DNA of 64,000 bases from Octopus vulgaris (lineage: Eukaryota). Positions 55,563-64,000 of this stretch are shown here, one piece after another. Position 1 is the first letter of the stretch. The number at the start of each line of letters is the position of its first letter. Location: contig OX597828.1 of assembly GCA_951406725.2 (NCBI GenBank), positions 34,348,001 through 34,412,000 of the forward strand, written 5' to 3'. A model generated the notes under the pieces. It did not search any database and was not told where the DNA came from. It was given only the letters and a program-made list of their open reading frames with translations. Made by a program: the position numbers and the translations under genes.

Positions 55563-55753
55563 AGGTGGGCTGAATCCTGGAAGTACTGCTATACCAGGCC
55601 AACCCGTGGCAAAGGCGGAGCAAGCCCCTAACTCTTCGCCTCGTTCTAAAAATCAGTTTAATATCGATGGTCCCAAATAGGGACCGTATCAGATATTAAG
55701 CTGATAAGAACAGATACTACACTTTGATCTTAGCCAAAAGGCCGAGAAGCGAT
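55563..55753 (-). ncRNA. U2: U2 spliceosomal snRNA, full length
   Basis: AUCGCUUCUCGGCCUUUUGGCUAAGAUCAAAGUGUAGUAUCUGUUCUUAUCAG 5' end, branch-point recognition GUAGUA, Sm site AUUUUUAG, paired stem-loops IIb, III and IV. Confidence 0.98.
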
Positions 55754-55793
55754 AACCTGTAATGCGTGCTCATAGAGGTATCTATACACACTT

Positions 55794-55813
55794 CACTTTT
55801 GTACACCGACTGA
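55794..55813 (-). promoter_or_regulatory. PSE-like snRNA promoter element (-60 to -41)
   Basis: TCAGTCGGTGTACAAAAGTG at the expected distance, ending in AAAAGTG like vertebrate PSEs. Confidence 0.5.
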
Positions 55814-57206
55814 TTTAGCAATAATATTATTCGTATATATTTAATTAGTTCTTCCATATATTGTAATATCTTTTATTTTATTTCACATTAGCTGTTTTAT
55901 TTAATCCTTTCACTCTGAGAGTTTTAATATTTCTATTTTTTTTTTAATGATATTATCCTAAACGTAATCTGGAATTATGTTAATTTGATAATAAAGGTGA
56001 ATGGAAAATACGAATTACGACGGTGAAGTGCGTAATGTCCACGTGACTATATCTTACCACTCTTCATAAAAATTTTACTAAATTAATTATTTTTTTAGTT
56101 ATCATAAATATCATAAGTCGTATCGGAAACATTTTCTTGCTTTTCTGAAATATTTTATAATTAAAAAAAATAATAAACTTCGCACTTGTGATATGAAAAA
56201 TGAAGCATCCTCTTTCCTTACGGAGTTGTCACTCCTAATTGTGAGTCAATACTATATGGTTATTCAAACCGCTAAAAGTAGCAGTCAAATCTGGATCGTG
56301 TTAAAGAAAAGGAAATAATGATACATTAAATAATGTGATCCTAATAGAAACATTTTTGCTCGTAGATCAGCTTTCACAGGACTGGCATTAAATGTCAGAA
56401 ACGTTGAAGACGTATATTTTGAGTACCGAAAGAGTTCTCTCTGTGTTTATTGGTTTTTAAACAAACAGCTAGTAATTCCGCTGAGGCTTATATCATTTAG
56501 AAAGTAAAAGAAATAATAACATGGTGTTAAAGGCATAACAACAGTTCAGTGCTTCACCTCGACTTTGTTTCGCCATGTGTTTCTCAGTATATATTTTTTA
56601 ATGTAATCTTGTAACGACACGTTTTCAAAGGAGCAAATGACGGTTCATGGCTTTCTCACGAGGCGGTCCGTGTTCGATTCGTAGCATGAAAACTTGTTTA
56701 GAATAGGTTCAGTATGATCAAACTGTTAAGAAGGTCGTTTTGTAAACCTGAGAACTCAGTTTCAATTTCGCTACATTGTTGCTTGAGCAAGTATCATTGT
56801 TGGTACAACTTTCTAGAAAATGTTTATATTTGCGGGGCAAACGTCTGTCCCCCCACCCCTGTCCCCGCTCCAACCACCCGTTTTAAAATTTTTTTTCGAC
56901 ACAACCCCACCACACACACACACTTTCGACTACGGGCAATACAAATCCGTAAAAAAATTGGTGGATCTTTACCTTTTGACCGACAGATTTAAAAAATAGT
57001 TTTTGTAACTAATACTTTCAAACTTCGTATATTTGTAGAATATGTCACATAAAACATCTTTTACTCTTGGCGTTGTTCAGAAAATTCTGTCTTTTGGAAG
57101 TCATTTTTTGTTAAAGTTGTTGTTGACAAACAACTGCAGTAATTTTATTCAGCTGAATACACATCATTGATTGGTTGAAATCACCGAAATACGACAACTT
57201 TATATA

Positions 57207-57273
<67 letters not shown>

Positions 57274-57372
57274 GAGGTTCGTCGTAATAACAGTGTAGCA
57301 CAAAACGGCGGTGTATCAGCATGGCCGCAGCTCTGAGCTGAAACTAGAAAAAAAAATATATATACCTTTTCA

Positions 57373-57434
<62 letters not shown>

Positions 57435-57514
57435 GATTAAACCACTATTTTGCAAAACAAACAAGGAAAGACTTAATCAATACATAAAATTTTAATAAAA
57501 AGTCAAAAAAACCG

Positions 57515-57557
57515 CCACTACAATTGTTTCTTGTCTTGATCGACAATCTTCAGGTGG
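57515..57557 (-). ncRNA. Minimal hammerhead ribozyme, canonical core (inverted copy)
   Basis: Exact reverse complement of 57751-57793. Confidence 0.88.
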
Positions 57558-57750
57558 ACTTCCAATCTAAAATATCAATATTTTAAAATATAAAAATAAT
57601 AATTTTAAAATAATTAAAGTATTAATGAAAAAAATATAAAAATATAAATATATAATCTATATATAACCTATATATTTTTTCATTAATACTTTAATTATTT
57701 TAAAATTATTATTTTTATATTTTAAAATATTGATATTTTAGATTGGAAGT

Positions 57751-57793
57751 CCACCTGAAGATTGTCGATCAAGACAAGAAACAATTGTAGTGG
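57751..57793 (+). ncRNA. Minimal hammerhead ribozyme, canonical core
   Basis: CCAC CTGAAGA TTGTC GATCAA GACAA GAAA CAATTG TA GTGG. Confidence 0.9.
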
Positions 57794-59453
57794 CGGTTTT
57801 TTTGACTTTTTATTAAAATTTTATGTATTGATTAAGTCTTTCCTTGTTTGTTTTGCAAAATAGTGGTTTTGTCTCTAATAATATTATATATATATATATA
57901 TGTGTATTTGTGTGTGAATGTTTAGGTTAGGGGGATTGCTATATAGGTTTATTATAGAGTTTAGCAAAGGGAGATTTTATCGTTATATGTTTTTATGAGT
58001 TTTGGTTTATCATGATTTTTTTAGGGAATTCGTGGTAATTTGTCTATTTACGATGTTTGTTGTTTTATTACATTGTTTCATTCATAATTTTTGAGTGGTG
58101 TTCGTTTTGCCACGTGAATATTATTTTTAATTCCATTTATTCCATTTCTCCATTCATAATTTTAAGTGAGGTTTGCTTCCATAGCGCGTATTCTTTTTAT
58201 ACATAAGTTATGTTCCTATGGTAACGTAATTTGGTTTGATGTTTTTAACGGATTAGAATTTAATTTCACTTCATAATTTGAAACTGACTTGAAAGTATGT
58301 ATATTATTTCTCCTTATGTCATATTGTTATTTTTGATATTCTGGTTACTTACGATGTATTTTATATATCGTATTATGTGTAATAATGTTGTTTTTCTTTG
58401 GAGTGTTTATGTATGTGGGATTGTGTGTGAGTGTGTGCGTATTTTGGTTGTGTAGTTTGTTTATCTGTATGAATGTGGGTGTGTTAATATTGTTGTATAT
58501 ATCGAGTTTGGTGAGTATGTATATGTATATGGTGTGTGTTTTACGTATGTATATTTGTGTGTGAATGTGTTTATGGGTTTGCTATTTAGGTTTGGGGATG
58601 TATGTGTTTATTTGTCTGTGTGGGGTTGAGTGGGTTTTTGGAGTATATGTTGAGGTTTATATGTATGTATAGGTATGTGTAAGTGGGGTGGGTATTTGTA
58701 TATGTCGTGGGTGTGTGGTTTACGTGTGTGTATTTGTGTGTGAATGTTTAGGTTAGGGGGATTGCTATATAGGTATGTTATAGAGTTTAGTAAAGGGAGA
58801 TTTTATCATTATATGTTTTTATGAGTTTTGGTTTATCATGGTAGTTTTGTTAAGGAATTCGTAGTAATTTGTGTCTATTTGCGATGTCTGTTGTTTTATT
58901 GCGTTATTTTATTCATAATTTTTAAGTAGTGTTCGTTTTACCAAGTGAATATAATTTTTAATTCCATTTATTCCATTTCTCCGTTCATAATTTTAAGTGA
59001 TGTCCGTTTCTAGAGCGGGAATGTGGGTTGTATGTGTGTGTGAGGGAGTATGAATAAGTATTGTGTTGAAGTATTTAGCTATTTTATTTATTTATCGTTG
59101 CCTAGACGTTTTTATGTGTATGTATAGGGATATATATATAGGTGTGTGATTTAGTGTATGTATTTAGATATGGTTATATATAATTAGTTATATGTGTATG
59201 GGTGTATATATAGTTTATTTTTTGTTTTGTTTTATATTTTATATTTTATATTTTATATTTTATATTTTATATTTAATTGTTGATAGGTTTATTTTAGTTT
59301 ATATATTGTTTATATATTGTTTATATATTGATTATATATGGATTATATATAGGTTATAAATAGATTATATATTTATATTTTTTCATTAATACTTTAATTA
59401 TTTTAAAATTATTATTTTTATATTTTAAAATATTGATATTTTAGATTGGAAGT

Positions 59454-59496
59454 CCACCTGAAGATTGTCGATCAAGACAAGAAACAATTGTAGTGG
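59454..59496 (+). ncRNA. Minimal hammerhead ribozyme, canonical core
   Basis: Identical to 57751-57793. Confidence 0.9.
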
Positions 59497-59666
59497 CGGT
59501 TTTTTTGACTTTTTAAAATTTTATGTATTGATTAAGTCTTTCCTTGTTTGTTTTGCAAAATAGTGGTTTTGTCTCTAATAATATTATATAATATTTTACT
59601 ATAAAATTGGATTTAATCCTAAATCTGATTTTTTCCCTGTAAATTTGGATTTATTCACTAATATTT

Positions 59667-59713
<47 letters not shown>

Positions 59714-59828
59714 ATGCACATATATATGTATACATACAGTTGTATATAAATATATATATTTATGTTTGTATTTGGGTGTATATATGTATGTACATAAATA
59801 TATGTATATTTATGTCTATGTATATATG

Positions 59829-59865
<37 letters not shown>

Positions 59866-59922
59866 GTATATATATATACGTCTACACATATATATATATA
59901 TATGTATATCTATGTGTATGAA

Positions 59923-60312
59923 GGCGCATGGCTTAGTGGTTAGGGGCATTCGGCTCATGATCGTAAGGTCGTAAGTTCAATTCCCAGACTCGCATTGTGT
60001 CCTTGACACTTTATTTCATGTTGCTCCATGTTAACCAATCAATTGCCTCTAGTGAGCTAAAATCATTTGCTGCGTCTAAAACTGAAACAACATCCTGTCA
60101 CTAACCCTAACCCTCACCCTAAATTTTAGTATTTCGAGTAGTACCTGTATTTCAAAGGGCCAGCCTTGTCACGCACTGTCTTATGCTGAATTTCCCCAAG
60201 AACTACTTTAAGGGTACACGTTTTTGTGGAGTGCTCAGCCACTTGCACATTAATTTCATGAGCAAGCTGTTCCATTGATTGGATCAGCTGGGACCCTCGT
60301 CATAGCAACTGA
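59923..60312 (+). mobile_element. tRNA-derived SINE, family C, with an internal insert containing CTAACC repeats
   Basis: A box TGGCTTAGTGG, B box AGTTCAATTCC, followed by TGTGTCCTTGACACTTTATTTCA. Confidence 0.75.
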
Positions 60313-60333
60313 CAGTGTTCCTATATCTATATG

Positions 60334-60364
<31 letters not shown>

Positions 60365-60696
60365 TATATATATGTATATATATATGTGTATATCTATATG
60401 TATATATAGATATGTGTGTGCGTGTGTGTATATATATGTGCATATATATATGTATATATATATATGCATATATGTTAATGTGTATTTATATATATATGTG
60501 TGTGTAGATATGTATATATATATGCATATACCTATGTATGTATATGTATACATATATATATGTATATATACATATATGTGTGTATATATATATGTGTGTA
60601 TATATATATATCTATGTATATATGTATATGTACACATATATATACATATATATATATGCATGTATATATATATATGTGTGTGTATATACACATATA

Positions 60697-60755
<59 letters not shown>

Positions 60756-60780
60756 ACATATATGTATAAATATCCACACA

Positions 60781-61171
60781 CTAGCAGTATCGCCCGGCGT
60801 TTCTCGGGTTTGTTTCGACCCGCTGGAATTGAAATTTTTGAAAAGTAAAAATTATGCATTATGTAGCTTGTTATTCTCTTCAAGTGAACATTTTTCTGGT
60901 TGAAATACACCGAAAAGTGGCGACACAGCAGTGAAAAAATCGTTAAAAAAATAGGGATTCTCATAGAAAAAAGCACCTTTTTGATGTAAATAATTTTTGG
61001 TGTTACCATGGTCCGATTTGAATTTTATCTTCTACGGATGGAAGAGCAATCCTTCTTCTATCATACTCTCAATTTTGGTCAACTTGCGCCGCAGGGTCTC
61101 GGAGGAGATAGTGTTAGTTGAAGGTTACCAAACCTGGTGCACACAGACAACGTCAGCTTTATATAGAGAGA
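60781..61171 (-). mobile_element. Non-autonomous Helitron
   Basis: Minus strand A|TCTCTCTATATAAAGC ... CCCGAGAAACGCCGGG hairpin, CGATACTG CTAG|T: TC and CTAG termini, A/T target, subterminal hairpin. Confidence 0.8.
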
Positions 61172-61886
61172 TATAACACACACACATTAATACATACACA
61201 CACACACACATGTATGTATGTATGTATATATGTACATGAACCCAGGACCATGTGTTTGGAACGTAGTTTGTTACCACACAGCTACACCTGCCCCTATGTA
61301 TGTGTGTGTGTGTGCGTATGTGTGTATGGGTAGATATATTATGCATGTATATATGTGTATATATATGTGTACATATTACATGTACATCTATATATATACA
61401 TTTACACATAAAATACAAAATACAAAGTTATATCTTGATATCGCTTGTGATAACAATACTCAAAATATATAACAGACTGGAATTGTAGGCCCATCTCTTG
61501 CAATTTCGATCAATTGGATCTTGTCCTCCCTCTTGTATAGAAGTGTACGGCTGCAGCGAAATTCATTTTTGGACTTTCTTCTATCGAAGGCATTTTAACA
61601 AAAATGCTTCCGTAAAGACGGTGAAAATATTGTCAGTTTTCCCAAACAGGGACACAATTCAATTTTTAAACAATAACCAAAGCCCCTTCTCCGAAAGGGG
61701 GGAGGGTTACGGTTTACAATTATTTAACAAATGCAACACAACAACGTTTCCCTGACGCGGAACCAACAAACGTGATTACAATAGTCAAACAGTAATAATA
61801 ACAACGAACCTTTTTAATTTATCCCCATTTATGTAAAACCACTTATTCAAGTTCAAGTCATTGATGCAATTTTATACGAATTGCTA

Positions 61887-61953
<67 letters not shown>

Positions 61954-62351
61954 ATAAGGGAATACTTTCACTTTAATAGTTTCACACTTGCAAAGAGAAA
62001 GTAGGAGAAAGTGTGGTGGTAATAGCAAGAGTAAACCACTTGAAATGTGAGAGGCAAATCGTAAAATATTGAGTTTTCTCGAATTTTTGCTTAATTGGGG
62101 GTCAAATTGAAAAAAACTTGATATGCCATGACCCAATCGAATCTACTTGGAAAAAATCATAGGTAAATTCCAATTGAAGAAATTCTATATTGTAGAATTG
62201 TATTAAAAAGAAACATGGGAACAGAGAAAATCTGCCTTTTATCATAAGAGATATACATATGTATATATATATATGTATATATATGTGTATATATATGTAT
62301 GTATATATGTATATATGTATATAAATGTATATATATACATATATATATATG

Positions 62352-62382
<31 letters not shown>

Positions 62383-62595
62383 GTATATGTATATATATAC
62401 CTATATATATAGGTATATATATATATATGTATATACATATACATATATATATATACATACACATACATAATATATAATATATATTATATATATATTATAT
62501 ATATATATATAATATATACATACATACATATATATATATAAATATATATATGTATATATATGTATATATATATATATATATATGTATATACATAT

Positions 62596-62674
<79 letters not shown>

Positions 62675-62714
62675 CATTGAATGACTTAACAGGAAAATCA
62701 TTTGAAAAATATGT

Positions 62715-63100
62715 GTTAGTGACAGAGTCAGTATTGATCCTGCGACGTAATATCCATCCCCGCTTAAACGTGGATGTTCTGTCAGAACAAACTATACTGC
62801 GGTAGATATCACGAGAGAAACTTTCGTATTAGCTTTTTGCTGTAAAATGCTCTCGTTTGTATCGCCACCGGAGAGATAAGCCTCCAGCGACAATGACAGG
62901 ACCAAAGAAGGTCGAAATCAGCGATCTGGTTGCCTCGGTGCTGGACATGGCGAGGTTTTATATCCCATTTATCGATATAATAAAACAGTGCGGTTTGGAC
63001 CAAATGCCAGTATGCGAGTTTCTCCCATAGTGTCAACTGTAGCAAAGTGTGTACTGCAGTAAAGTTTGTTCTAAGAGAACGTCCACATTTTAATGGAGAT
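62715..63100. repeat. Old MITE-like repeat related to 39975-40165
   Basis: AAGGTCGAAATCA..GATCTGGT is shared by both loci; AGAACAAACTATACTGCGG at about 62785 is mirrored by CTGCAGTAAAGTTTGTTCT at about 63055 and by 40089-40110. Confidence 0.6.
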
Positions 63101-64000
63101 ACTTATTATCAGTTGATAAAATAAATTAGTCACCTGACATTAAACAAAGGCTGCAAAGAGAAAGAAAGAAAATGTATGGCATCTTTTACTTTATTGTCTA
63201 TATATTTAAACGATTGAAGTGACATGTGTACTGCTCTTCCATTTGTACGTCTTTGACATATGAATTTTCGTTCCTCCATTCTGTCTTCTGCACTTATATA
63301 ACATCAATAGACAAGTTGGAAAATGTTTTTCCTATTTGTAGTCTTAAGAAAGACAACGGTTATACACGTTTCGCGGGCCCGGCGGACAAAATGGAAAAGG
63401 CGTTGCTCTGGAGGATGGCGAGAGAGACTGATGGGGCTCGCACTTGCGAATAGCCATCTCCGAATAGCAGGGGTGTAGTCCGGGGGCCAAAAAAGCTGTA
63501 GGTCTCCACTTTCATACAAGTTTGACAACAAAAGCATCCTTCTTCTTTAAAGGTGTTCTTTGATTGATCTTTGCTTGTTGTTTCTAGCAGGCTGAGCAAC
63601 TTTCTTTTACACATGCATGCCAACCTTGCTTGTACGTACGTACCAACTCGCTTGGAGCAAAGTGAATCTGAATTTGGGTTCTTGGAGAAGAGGACGCAAA
63701 TCCTTAATTCATACACTACAAATGATCACAATATCTGGGACGATAAAAAGGTCCAAGACCTTCTTAATCTTTAAAGGATAATGAGCGATTCAAGATGCTT
63801 TCCTTCACAACCTTGCTACCAAGCTGGTGGCCGTCAAAATTTAAAAGAGAAAGAGAACACATAGTTAGTTACTTAAGCAACTTCACTCTCTATGGAGCCC
63901 AGGACATCGAGAGCTTTTCTCCACTCTTCTTGACTTTCTTGCCTCTTCACAGTCTTTGTGGTTTTGAATTGTCATCGATATTTCTGTAACTTTACTTTCT

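Larger units (their letters stand above)
57429..59680 (+). mobile_element. Non-coding PLE-derived or retrozyme-like element: inverted repeat, direct repeat 1, GT-rich interior, direct repeat 2
   Basis: About 220-bp unit at 57429-57670 (-), 57670-57890 (+) and 59370-59590 (+), each with an HHR; no ORF in the track between 57464 and 59740. Confidence 0.75.

Noticed and set aside
59923-59995. Possible tRNA gene
   Set aside because: A and B boxes present but no closed acceptor stem; continues into a SINE body
63360-64000. Possible exons or Tc1 N-terminal remnant at the window end
   Set aside because: Stops in all frames and no motif I can recognise with confidence

Overview
AT-rich eukaryotic (animal) DNA made almost entirely of microsatellites and transposable-element debris. 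The repeat families look like those of a coleoid cephalopod (octopus); that is recalled similarity, not a database result. No host protein-coding gene can be firmly supported. Confident features: an intact U2 snRNA gene (minus strand) with PSE-like and 3'-box-like flanks; a 5'-truncated CR1-group LINE whose APE-RT ORF is broken by one in-frame TAG; two Penelope-like element (PLE) remnants in inverted arrangements; Tx1-like, R4/Dong-like and CR1-like LINE fragments; Tc1/mariner, pogo/Tigger and Helitron derivatives; and three tRNA-derived SINE families. The main hidden signal is at the RNA level: about a dozen minimal hammerhead ribozyme (HHR) motifs, some canonical and some core variants, mostly in short fold-back elements between (TA)n tracts. 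The best case is a non-coding element at 57.4-59.7 kb with HHR-bearing direct repeats 1703 nt apart (retrozyme-like). Both abundant SINE families also share their 3' tails with LINEs present in the same window. Coordinates of degenerate repeats are approximate (read by eye).
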